DNA from: Nostoc punctiforme PCC 73102
GTDB lineage: Bacteria; Cyanobacteriota; Cyanobacteriia; Cyanobacteriales; Nostocaceae
Length of the DNA stretch: 32,000 bases
NCBI RefSeq assembly: GCF_000020025.1
Contig: NC_010628.1
Coordinates: 1,500,001 to 1,532,000 of the forward strand
Reading direction: 5' to 3'
The notes beneath the pieces were generated by a model that had not been told where the DNA came from, ran no database searches, and saw only the letters and a list, made by a program, of their open reading frames with translations. Below are positions 1 to 7,935 of the stretch, piece by piece (within the stretch, counting starts at the first letter, position 1; every line of letters starts with the position of its first letter). The translations under genes were made by a program, and so were the position numbers.

Positions 1-243
1 TTTCTGTTTTTCTTGCAAACTGCTGGCTTGTTTCAGGACTGGAATACACTGGTTAATCATCCAGATTAAAACCTCGATTGGTGAGTCTCCTTGCTGAATG
101 CGGTTTTCGGCATTTACGCCAATTAACATTGTTTGCAGAATTAACAAGAAAGCATAGGCGTAGCCCGCACTTCGGCTGCGCTCAGTGGCCCTCGTAGACA
201 TCGCTCTTTGATTTGCACTTTGACCACGTTTTTTAGCTGACAT
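1..243 (-). CDS. hypothetical protein, 5' part only (ORF runs off the left edge)
   Basis: An 81-codon open frame runs from the ATG at 243 (AAGGTG 7 nt upstream) to position 1 with no stop. It is missing from the supplied track because its stop lies outside the window. Codons ~16-30 are encoded by a dispersed GGCGTAGCCCGC-type repeat, so coding status is uncertain. Confidence 0.3.
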   Translation of the reverse strand, partial: MSAKKRGQSANQRAMSTRATERSRSAGYAYAFLLILQTMLIGVNAENRIQQGDSPIEVLIWMINQCIPVLKQASSLQEKQK

Positions 244-393
244 CTGAATTCACCTTGTTTTTGGGTTTACAAGGTCAATTATTTTTTTGGGTGTTTCCCC
301 AGACACATCCCCCACGCAACGTCTATAATGCTTGTATCGTCAGGTTTTGCGGCTTGGGGAAGCTTGTTTGGGTAATTAAAAATTATTTGGCTG

Positions 394-1002
394 ATGTCAA
401 GAAATATTCGTGGAGATGAATCAGCTTTAGAGAATGTACTCAGTCTCGTAGAAGCATTGCTGCAACTGTCGGTAGAGCAAGACTGTGAATCAAAACTTCC
501 ACTTTGCGTTGTCTGGAATGCTGATAAGCTGCGAATTACCGGATATAAAAGCGAACAGACAAGAGGAAACAGAAGCAAAACAACTGAAGTTGGTACAAAA
601 AAGGAATATTTACTCAAACTGATTAAAGATGCTGGCAAAACTTTAAAACTTCCCCAGCAAAAAGCGGAACCTAACGTTTCTCAGAAAGAAAGAGAATTAG
701 ACGAGCTTCAAACTGCACTCGACTGGTTGAAAGAGTTGGGAGTGCGAGAAGATCAAAAATCTACAAAAAGTCAAGGTTATTGGAAATTTACCCTGACGCT
801 AAAACATCAGACAGCGACAATAAAAGAGAATCTGGAGGTGGTTAAGCAGAATTGGAAGGAACACCCAAAGACGAATTTAAAAGAAACATCCCAGGTACAA
901 ACAACAGATAATACTTCGATTGGCAAGAAATCTGCGGCGCTATGCTGGAAAAGCACAAGCGTCTCACCACAAATGAGTTGCTGTTTGCTGATGATGAGAT
1001 GA
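394..1002 (+). CDS. probable N-terminal module of the downstream NACHT protein, separated from it by a frameshift (split gene or pseudogene)
   Basis: This 202-aa ORF overlaps the NACHT ORF by 61 nt in another frame. The NACHT frame is already open from 912 and reads YFDWQEICGAMLEKHKRLTTNELL, which looks like internal sequence rather than an N-terminus. I recognised no catalytic motif. Confidence 0.5.
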   Translation: MSRNIRGDESALENVLSLVEALLQLSVEQDCESKLPLCVVWNADKLRITGYKSEQTRGNRSKTTEVGTKKEYLLKLIKDAGKTLKLPQQKAEPNVSQKERELDELQTALDWLKELGVREDQKSTKSQGYWKFTLTLKHQTATIKENLEVVKQNWKEHPKTNLKETSQVQTTDNTSIGKKSAALCWKSTSVSPQMSCCLLMMR

Positions 1003-4000
1003 AATTTGAGCTAGAGGCAATTCATGTCCCTTTAGCATTAGTGGAGCGTAACAAACCGAAGAAGTGGAGCGAGGATATTTCCCCAGAACAAGGTTCGCAA
1101 CTTTACGAACCGAGTTATGAAGAGAAGCAGCGATTTGAACATAAGGCTTTTTTAGAGCAAATTATCGGTGATGGTGTTGGTAAAACTCAAGGACACCGCA
1201 TCGGTTTAATTGGGGAACCCGGTGCGGGAAAAACTACTCAGTTGCAAACTATAGCTTTTTGGATATTAGACAAGAATCTGGGTTTACCAATTTGGATTTC
1301 TTTGGCAGACTTGCAAGGAAAGAGTGTAGAAAATTATCTGCTACAAGATTGGCTGAAGAATGCTTTAGAAGTGGTGCGTGTAAAAGAAGAACAGGAAAAC
1401 GCTTTCGCAGATTTATTCAAGAATAATCGTGTGTGGTTGTTGTTGGATGCAGCAGATGAAATGTCTTCACCCCAACCATTAACTGAGATTTCCCAGCAGT
1501 TGACGGGATGGGTGAAAAATGCGCGGGTTGTGCTGACTTGTCGAGTGAATGTTTGGGAAGCAAACGCCAACGCTTTAGAAAATTTTGAGACGTATCGGTT
1601 ACTCAATTTTGAATATCCGCAAGACGTGAAAAAATTTATTCGGCGTTGGTTTCACAACAAGGATGCAGACAAAGGGGAAAGATTATGGCAGGAATTAGAT
1701 AAAGCTGAACGTCAGCGCATCCAAGATTTAGTGAAAAATCCTTTGCGGTTAGCGCTGTTGTGTAGCACTTGGCAAGGTTCAGATAAAGGTTTACCGGAAA
1801 CTAAAGCCGGACTTTATCAGCAGTTTGTGGAAGAGGTTTACAAGTGGAAAGAAAACCGCTTCCCTACCACCGAACAGCAGCAACAAGAATTAAACGCAGC
1901 GTTGGGACGTTTGGCAAAACGGGCAATTGATCAAGAAACGTCACGGTTTCGGCTACGACATAAGTTTGTGCGTGAGGAATTAGGTGATGCAAAACAGCAA
2001 AATTCTTTATTTTGGTTAGCGTTAAAGTTGGGATGGCTAAATGAAGTTGGACTGGCTGCGGAATTAGCAACGAAAGAGAAGGTTTACGCTTTCTACCATC
2101 CCACATTTGAGGAATATTTTGCAGCTTTGGCGGTTGAGAATTGGCACGAGTTCCTGAATCATGTTCCCAACAACCCAGCGCTAGGCGTTTATCGCATTTT
2201 TGCACCGCAGTGGAAAGAGGTGATTTTGCTGTGGTTGGGACGTGAGGATGTGGAGAGGGAAGACAAGGAAGAGTTTATTCAGGCGTTGGTGAAATTTGAT
2301 GATGGGTGCGGAGAATACAGAGCTATTGATAGAGTCAGAAGGGGATTTTACGAGTTTCGCGCTTATTTTCTCGCTGCTGCGGGGGTTGATGAGTGGAAAA
2401 ATTCTGTCAATGCAGATGCTATTGTGGCGGAAATTGTTAAATGGGGGTTTGGTGAGTTTAAGGTTGAACAAAACAAGTGGGCGAGATTTCTCGAACCAAT
2501 CGCAGAGGGAGCAAAGACAGCATTGCCTCAGACAAATCGCATAAAAGCGATCGCTGCCTTGGTGGAGTTAATCAGCCAACCACAACTGGATCATAGTACC
2601 CAATGGCAAGTGGCATATAGCTTAGGGAAAATTGGCTCTGGCAACCAAAAAGCGATTGATGCTTTGGTGGAGTTAATCGGCAATCCACAACTGGATGATT
2701 CTACCCGAAGGCAAGCGGTAGAAAGCTTAGGGCAAATTGGCTCTGGCAACCAAAAAGCGATCGCTGCCTTGGTGGAGTTAATCCGTAAACCACAACTGGA
2801 TGATTCTACCCGATTGCAAGCAGCAGAAAGCTTAGAGCAGATTGACCCTGGGAACCAAAAAGCGATCGCTGCCTTAATCGAGTTAATCGGCAAACCACAA
2901 TTGGATGATTCTACCCGATGGCAATCGGCAAAAAGCTTAGTGGAAATTGACCCTGGCAACCAAAAAGCGATTGATGCTTTGGTGGTGTTAATTGGCAAAT
3001 CACAACTGAATTATTTTAGCCAAATAAAAGTGGCAGAAAGCTTAAAGCAAATTGGCTCTGGCAACCAAAAAGCGATTGATGCTTTAGTGGAGTTAATCGG
3101 CAAACCACAACTGGATAATTTTAACCGAACCCTAGCGGCATCTAGCTTAAGAGAAATTGGCTCTGGCAACCAAAAAGCGATTGATGCTTTGGTGGAGTTA
3201 ATTGGCAAACCACAACTGAATAATTCTATCCGATTGCAAACGGCAGAAAGCTTAGGGCAAATTGACTCTGGCAACCAAAAAGCGATTGATGCTTTGGTGG
3301 AGTTAATTGGCAAACCACAACTGGATAATTCTACCCGAAGGCAAGCGGCAGAAAGCTTAGGGGAAATTGACCCAGGCAACCAAAAAGCGATTGATGCTTT
3401 GGTGGAGTTAATCGGTAAACCACAACTGGATGATGATACCCGATTGCAAGCGGCAGAAAGCTTAGGGCAAATTGGCTCTGGCAACCAAAAAGCGATTGAT
3501 GCTTTGGTGGAGTTAATCGGTAAACCACAACTGGATGATTATACCCGATGGCAAGCGGCATATAGCTTAGGGCAAATTGGCTCTGGCAACCAAAAAGCGA
3601 TTGATGCTTTGGTGGAGTTAATCGGCAAACCACAACTGGATGATTATATCCGATTGCAAACGGCAGAAAGCTTAGGGCAAATGGACTCTGGCAACCAAAA
3701 AGCGATTGATGCTTTAGTGGAGTTAATTAGCAAACCACAACTGGATGATATCCAATTGCAAGCGGCAGAAAGCTTAGGGCAAATGGACTCTGGCAATCAA
3801 AAAGCGATTGATGCTTTGGTGGAGTTAATTGGCAAACCACAACTGGATGATTCTACCCGAAGGCAAGCAGTATTTAGTTTAGAGAAAATTGACCCAGGCA
3901 ACCAAAAAGCGATCGCTGCTTTGGTGGAGTTAATCTGTAAACCACAACTGGATGATGATACCCTATGGCAAGCGGCATTTAGCTTAGAAAAAATTCTGTC

Positions 4001-4178
4001 AGAGGAACAGATGCCGAGTGTTGTCACCGTGTTGAAGGATTACTTATCACCTGAAACTTACAAAAATGACTTTGACCAATTTGATAAATGCTACGAAGTT
4101 ATCTGGAAGTGCGCCCAAAGTATGTCCTACCCCGCTTTTTATCAAGCTTGGCATCAACAAGAGAAAGTGAAAGATTGA
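942..4178 (+). CDS. NACHT-family STAND NTPase with a C-terminal HEAT-like repeat array
   Basis: Walker A is GEPGAGKTT and Walker B is VWLLLDAADE. A helical NACHT-associated region follows, then 14 repeats with consensus NQKAIDALVELIGKPQLDDSTRRQAAESLGQIGSG. Confidence 0.9.
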   Translation: MLEKHKRLTTNELLFADDEMKFELEAIHVPLALVERNKPKKWSEDISPEQGSQLYEPSYEEKQRFEHKAFLEQIIGDGVGKTQGHRIGLIGEPGAGKTTQLQTIAFWILDKNLGLPIWISLADLQGKSVENYLLQDWLKNALEVVRVKEEQENAFADLFKNNRVWLLLDAADEMSSPQPLTEISQQLTGWVKNARVVLTCRVNVWEANANALENFETYRLLNFEYPQDVKKFIRRWFHNKDADKGERLWQELDKAERQRIQDLVKNPLRLALLCSTWQGSDKGLPETKAGLYQQFVEEVYKWKENRFPTTEQQQQELNAALGRLAKRAIDQETSRFRLRHKFVREELGDAKQQNSLFWLALKLGWLNEVGLAAELATKEKVYAFYHPTFEEYFAALAVENWHEFLNHVPNNPALGVYRIFAPQWKEVILLWLGREDVEREDKEEFIQALVKFDDGCGEYRAIDRVRRGFYEFRAYFLAAAGVDEWKNSVNADAIVAEIVKWGFGEFKVEQNKWARFLEPIAEGAKTALPQTNRIKAIAALVELISQPQLDHSTQWQVAYSLGKIGSGNQKAIDALVELIGNPQLDDSTRRQAVESLGQIGSGNQKAIAALVELIRKPQLDDSTRLQAAESLEQIDPGNQKAIAALIELIGKPQLDDSTRWQSAKSLVEIDPGNQKAIDALVVLIGKSQLNYFSQIKVAESLKQIGSGNQKAIDALVELIGKPQLDNFNRTLAASSLREIGSGNQKAIDALVELIGKPQLNNSIRLQTAESLGQIDSGNQKAIDALVELIGKPQLDNSTRRQAAESLGEIDPGNQKAIDALVELIGKPQLDDDTRLQAAESLGQIGSGNQKAIDALVELIGKPQLDDYTRWQAAYSLGQIGSGNQKAIDALVELIGKPQLDDYIRLQTAESLGQMDSGNQKAIDALVELISKPQLDDIQLQAAESLGQMDSGNQKAIDALVELIGKPQLDDSTRRQAVFSLEKIDPGNQKAIAALVELICKPQLDDDTLWQAAFSLEKILSEEQMPSVVTVLKDYLSPETYKNDFDQFDKCYEVIWKCAQSMSYPAFYQAWHQQEKVKD
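2538..3998 (+). repeat. 14 tandem 105-nt (35-aa) HEAT-like repeat units inside the NACHT gene
   Basis: Unit starts fall every 105 nt (2538, 2643, 2748 ... 3693, 3795, 3900), and unit 12 lacks one codon. The scaffold part of each unit is nearly identical at the nucleotide level. Confidence 0.9.
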
Positions 4179-4413
4179 GAGTAGGAAAGAAAAATACTTT
4201 CTTCAGCCAAAACATAAGCTAAATGTAGAAGCAGCAATCCCTTGTAAAGACCCGATTCATCGCATCTCGTAAGCATCTCGTAAATCTATCGCGTCCGATC
4301 TTTCCGCAATCCAGGGAATGCGTCGCCCCTAATAAAACAGATATTGTAAACAGAATGCGAATGTGTAGGCGTAGTCCGCCGCAGGCATCGTTTTTGCGAT
4401 CGCACCCTTGTAG

Positions 4414-4433
4414 AGACGCGATGAATCGCGTCT
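4414..4433. repeat. dispersed hairpin repeat AGACGCGA-TGAA-TCGCGTCT
   Basis: Perfect 8-bp stem. Related copies sit at 15976-16004 and 23558-23583, and a degenerate inverted copy at about 4239-4275. Confidence 0.7.
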
Positions 4434-4450
4434 TCTTGTATTTGATTCAT

Positions 4451-5965
4451 CTATTGACGCGTATAACGATGTTTCACCCCAATAGGGAAATATTCAAAAT
4501 CACCCATTGGCGCTAATGTAACCAGTGGTGTTTGATACTCTACCGGAACATAATTAGCAAACTCGCCATTTAACCGTAGCAGTTGTGAAAGAATAGAAGA
4601 TGCGATCGCTTGCTTTCTATCTTCACTACCCTCTACCCCTGCTCCTAACTCCACAACCACAGATAAAAATCGATTCTTGTCTGCATCTTCCTTCACCTGC
4701 AACACGAATTTACCAGTCACCCATTCTTGAATTCCTGGTTGCTCTAATCCCACCGTCACATTTTCGGGATAGATATTTGCGCCAAAGTAGGAAACTGTAA
4801 AGTTAGAACGCCCGAATACATAAACGAAAGGTAGCTGATGAATACCTCTAGGTAATTCTTGACTGTCAGAACGCAGATTTTCAAGCGGATTGAATCCCCA
4901 TTCAGCTAAAAATTGCAGCATCGCATCATAACTAATTATTCCGCCAGTATCTAAAATGTCATAACGCACTAAGGGAATACCATTATCTCCCGAAAACAGC
5001 AATCCGCCATCTTGAACTTCAAAAAAGCGATTGCAAGGATCATATTGTACAAGTGTGGGTAAACGCGATTCCCCAAATAATGCTCTAGCTGCATCGGGAT
5101 TTATTGCTAAAAAACGGCGAATGCAGATACTTAACGGTGTTTCATTACCTAAAACTCCTGCATCCGCAGTGCCGTAAAGTGATGCAAAATCATAGCAAGG
5201 ATTTTGTGAACCAACTCTTTCACCAACTAAACTCCGCCATTCTTCACTAAATACTTCTCCCGCCATCACTAATTTAATCTGATATTGCTGCCACTCCACA
5301 CCACGGGCAATACCAGTATCAATTACATCTTTTAAAAATGGCGGGTATCCCAACAGCACCACTTGTTCAAATGCTGAACCTAGTTCTTGGACAACTCGCA
5401 AGATTTCTTCTTTGTTGTTACCAGGAGTAATTACGCTGATGAGATAACCTTTGCTAGCAAGATAACGACAGCAATTAGTGGTAAACATCCCACCTACCCA
5501 AGTGCCTAAAGTGAAACAAATCACTGCTAGGGTACGTCTGGTATCTGAATGAAAACTATCGTGAAAAATCTGTTCAAAACGTGTGGCGATTTGGAGTTCA
5601 TCTGTGAAAAAACGAGGCCAAAATGTCGGTTTACCACTAGAACCTGATGAAGCGGCGATCGTATCACACGCTTCTAGTTGTCCGTTGTGGCACAAGTCAG
5701 CTAAGGGATAACGCAGTATATAATTTTGTTTAGCGATCGCTGGGAGTTTTTGAAACTCCTCCAAGGTTTGAATAGTCGCGGGATTAATTTCCCTTTCAGC
5801 TAAAAAAGCTTTGTAGGCAGGTACATTAGCCGCCACATCATGAAATAAAGTTAAAGCTGCCGAAGTTTGAGTGTTGAGATGCCGTTGCAATACTGTTTCT
5901 AGGGGAGTAGACAAAAAATCTTCAAATGCTTTAATTACTCGCTGCTGTCGTGGTTTGCAGTTCAT
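4451..5965 (-). CDS. phenylacetate-CoA ligase / coenzyme F390 synthetase-like adenylate-forming enzyme
   Basis: 504 aa. It has the adenylation P-loop-like motif SSGSSGKPTFWPR and overall PaaK-family (COG1541-like) organisation, with a longer C-terminus. Confidence 0.75.
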   Translation of the reverse strand: MNCKPRQQRVIKAFEDFLSTPLETVLQRHLNTQTSAALTLFHDVAANVPAYKAFLAEREINPATIQTLEEFQKLPAIAKQNYILRYPLADLCHNGQLEACDTIAASSGSSGKPTFWPRFFTDELQIATRFEQIFHDSFHSDTRRTLAVICFTLGTWVGGMFTTNCCRYLASKGYLISVITPGNNKEEILRVVQELGSAFEQVVLLGYPPFLKDVIDTGIARGVEWQQYQIKLVMAGEVFSEEWRSLVGERVGSQNPCYDFASLYGTADAGVLGNETPLSICIRRFLAINPDAARALFGESRLPTLVQYDPCNRFFEVQDGGLLFSGDNGIPLVRYDILDTGGIISYDAMLQFLAEWGFNPLENLRSDSQELPRGIHQLPFVYVFGRSNFTVSYFGANIYPENVTVGLEQPGIQEWVTGKFVLQVKEDADKNRFLSVVVELGAGVEGSEDRKQAIASSILSQLLRLNGEFANYVPVEYQTPLVTLAPMGDFEYFPIGVKHRYTRQ

Positions 5966-6175
5966 GACGCTTGTTATTTATCCTGAAATAGAACCAACAC
6001 TGTTAATTGCTGTGAGCATTTTAGCCGTTATCTGATACCCGCGAAACTCTAGTAATTCTTACCAACATCGATTTAATCTAGGAACACCCATCTCCTAATA
6101 TTTGGTAGGATATCCGAAAATGAGGGTATGCGCGTTGTAGTCATCCAATAAAACATTAATTTATCCTTCAGCACC

Positions 6176-7870
6176 ATGCAACTCTATTGCAGTAGACAAC
6201 ACACAAATAATGGTGGTAACCGCTTTTGTACCCATTGTGGTGAACCATTACCTCTTGCTGTGGGACAGGTTGTGGATAATCGCTATCAAATTATCCGTCA
6301 TTTAGGGCAGGGCGGCTTTGGACGCACCTATTTGGCGGAGGATATAAGTCAATCCCATCGAACCTGTGTGCTGAAGGAATTTGCGCCCCAAGTACAAGAA
6401 CATCAAGATTTACAAAAAGCTAAAGAGTTATTTGAGCGAGAAGCCAATGTTCTGAAAAAACTCCAGCATCCACAGATTCCGCGTTTTCACGCCTCGCTAC
6501 AAGTGAAAATAGGTACTAAAGATTTTTTCTTTTTAGTACAAGATTATGTGGATGGTGACAATTACTACCAATTATTAGAACAACGCGAGAACGAAGGCAA
6601 AACTTTCAGTGAAGAGGAAGTAATCACCCTACTGCAACAGATTTTACCTGTATTAGCTTACATCCACTCACAAGATGTTGTTCACCGTGATATCTCTCCT
6701 GATAATTTAATTTGGCGGCGTTCTGATAATCTACCCGTGCTGATTGATTTTGGTGGTGTCAAGCAATTGCCAGCTTCTCAAGGTTTTTGGCAGACGAAGT
6801 TGGTGGGAAATAATACTTTGCTGGGTAAAAAAGGCTACGCTCCAGAAGAGCAGTTACGGCAAGGGAAAGCATTTTTTAGTAGTGATTTATACTCTTTAGC
6901 GGTTACGTCACTGGTGTTGCTTACAGGGCAAGAACCGCAAAAATTATACGACAGCTACCAGGGAATTTGGGGTTGGGGAAAACAAATCCGAGTTAGTTCC
7001 AAACTGGAAGCGGTGTTAAAAAAGATGGTGGCTTATAAACCGAGCGATCGCTATCAACGAGCCGAGCAAATCCTCAAAGATTTACCATCATCAAGTGCGG
7101 CTAAATCAACTGGCAATTCGATTACCACCAAGATTAAAACGATGGTAGTTGCTCCGGGAAGACAACGCGCCAGCGCTATTGTGAGTAGATTTCAGAACAG
7201 AACGCAAGCGATTGCCAAACCGATATCTTTCCCTCTTTGGATTCGTCCTTTTATGATGAGTTTAGGGGGAACAGCTTTAGTTGTTTTAACCGGCGCAGGT
7301 GCTTGGGGGGTAGTAAATGCAGTTATTCGCAGCGTATCTTCAATTACCATCCCATCAATTTCATTACCGCAAATTCCCCAGTTTCCAAGCGGTAAACCAG
7401 GTAGTGACAAAGGAAAAAACCCTAATCTCCAGGAAATTATCAGTCGTCGCCAACAGCTAGAAATTACTGAAGGATTTTTTATTCCCTTCGTAGATGATTT
7501 ATTTTATACAAAAAAACCAGAATTAAAAGGACGTAGCCTAACATCTAAACCTGAAGACGCTGGTTTACGAGATGAATGGTCTGGTATCGCTGACGATTTA
7601 TTGAATAAAATAGAACAGGCAAAGCTCAGTACAGAAGCTCGTCAAAAATTAGGTAAATATAGTCAAAAAGATTACGATACATGGAGACGACAAGCGCGAT
7701 CCGGCCAATTGGGGAACTATACACTTGAGCAACTGAACAAAGACACAAATGAAAAATTTGATCGGTTGTTTCCTGGTCAGGAGCGTGGGAAACTGAATCA
7801 AAAGACCTTCGGTCAAATTTGGTATGCGATCGCTGCCGATCGAGTCAGTAAAGTACAATCTGGCAAGTAA
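6176..7870 (+). CDS. Ser/Thr protein kinase with N-terminal zinc ribbon, one TM helix and an extracytoplasmic C-terminal domain
   Basis: Zn ribbon YCSRQH..FCTHCG. Kinase motifs are GQGGFGRTY, VLKEF, HRDISPDNL, DFGGVK and GYAPEE. The TM segment is around LGGTALVVLTGAGAWGVV. Confidence 0.9.
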   Translation: MQLYCSRQHTNNGGNRFCTHCGEPLPLAVGQVVDNRYQIIRHLGQGGFGRTYLAEDISQSHRTCVLKEFAPQVQEHQDLQKAKELFEREANVLKKLQHPQIPRFHASLQVKIGTKDFFFLVQDYVDGDNYYQLLEQRENEGKTFSEEEVITLLQQILPVLAYIHSQDVVHRDISPDNLIWRRSDNLPVLIDFGGVKQLPASQGFWQTKLVGNNTLLGKKGYAPEEQLRQGKAFFSSDLYSLAVTSLVLLTGQEPQKLYDSYQGIWGWGKQIRVSSKLEAVLKKMVAYKPSDRYQRAEQILKDLPSSSAAKSTGNSITTKIKTMVVAPGRQRASAIVSRFQNRTQAIAKPISFPLWIRPFMMSLGGTALVVLTGAGAWGVVNAVIRSVSSITIPSISLPQIPQFPSGKPGSDKGKNPNLQEIISRRQQLEITEGFFIPFVDDLFYTKKPELKGRSLTSKPEDAGLRDEWSGIADDLLNKIEQAKLSTEARQKLGKYSQKDYDTWRRQARSGQLGNYTLEQLNKDTNEKFDRLFPGQERGKLNQKTFGQIWYAIAADRVSKVQSGK

Positions 7871-7895
7871 GGAGACTGGCGACTAGGGAAGAATA

Positions 7896-7935
7896 ACAAA
7901 TGACCAATGACAAATGACCAATGACAAATGACCAA
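7896..7935. repeat. STRR2-type heptamer tandem repeat (TGACCAA/TGACAAA, 5 units)
   Basis: Units at 7901, 7908, 7915, 7922 and 7929. The reverse complement TTGGTCA/TTTGTCA matches the published STRR2 consensus. The last unit supplies the ATG of the next kinase gene. Confidence 0.85.

Noticed and set aside
279-638. 119-aa minus-strand ORF overlapping the start of the NACHT N-terminal module
   Set aside because: It has no recognisable motif or ribosome-binding site. It overlaps a plus-strand ORF that has better contextual support.
900-950. Programmed -1 ribosomal frameshift joining the two NACHT ORFs
   Set aside because: There is no X-XXY-YYZ slippery heptamer and no downstream structure at the junction. 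A mutation or sequencing indel is more parsimonious.
2538-3998. Diversity-generating retroelement as the source of repeat hypervariability
   Set aside because: There is no reverse transcriptase gene and no template repeat in the window. The variation is not adenine-specific.
2591-4027. Four minus-strand ORFs (2591-2998, 3011-3484, 3331-3633, 3797-4027) antisense to the HEAT repeats
   Set aside because: They are themselves periodic shadows of the 105-nt repeat (the same peptide is repeated). They lie fully inside a well-supported plus-strand gene.
4179-4450. Possible small gene or RNA in the NACHT-PaaK convergent spacer
   Set aside because: The spacer holds only dispersed repeat fragments (a GGCGTAGTCCGCCGCAGGCATCG-type repeat and the GAGACGCGA hairpin). 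I saw no ORF and no conserved RNA fold.
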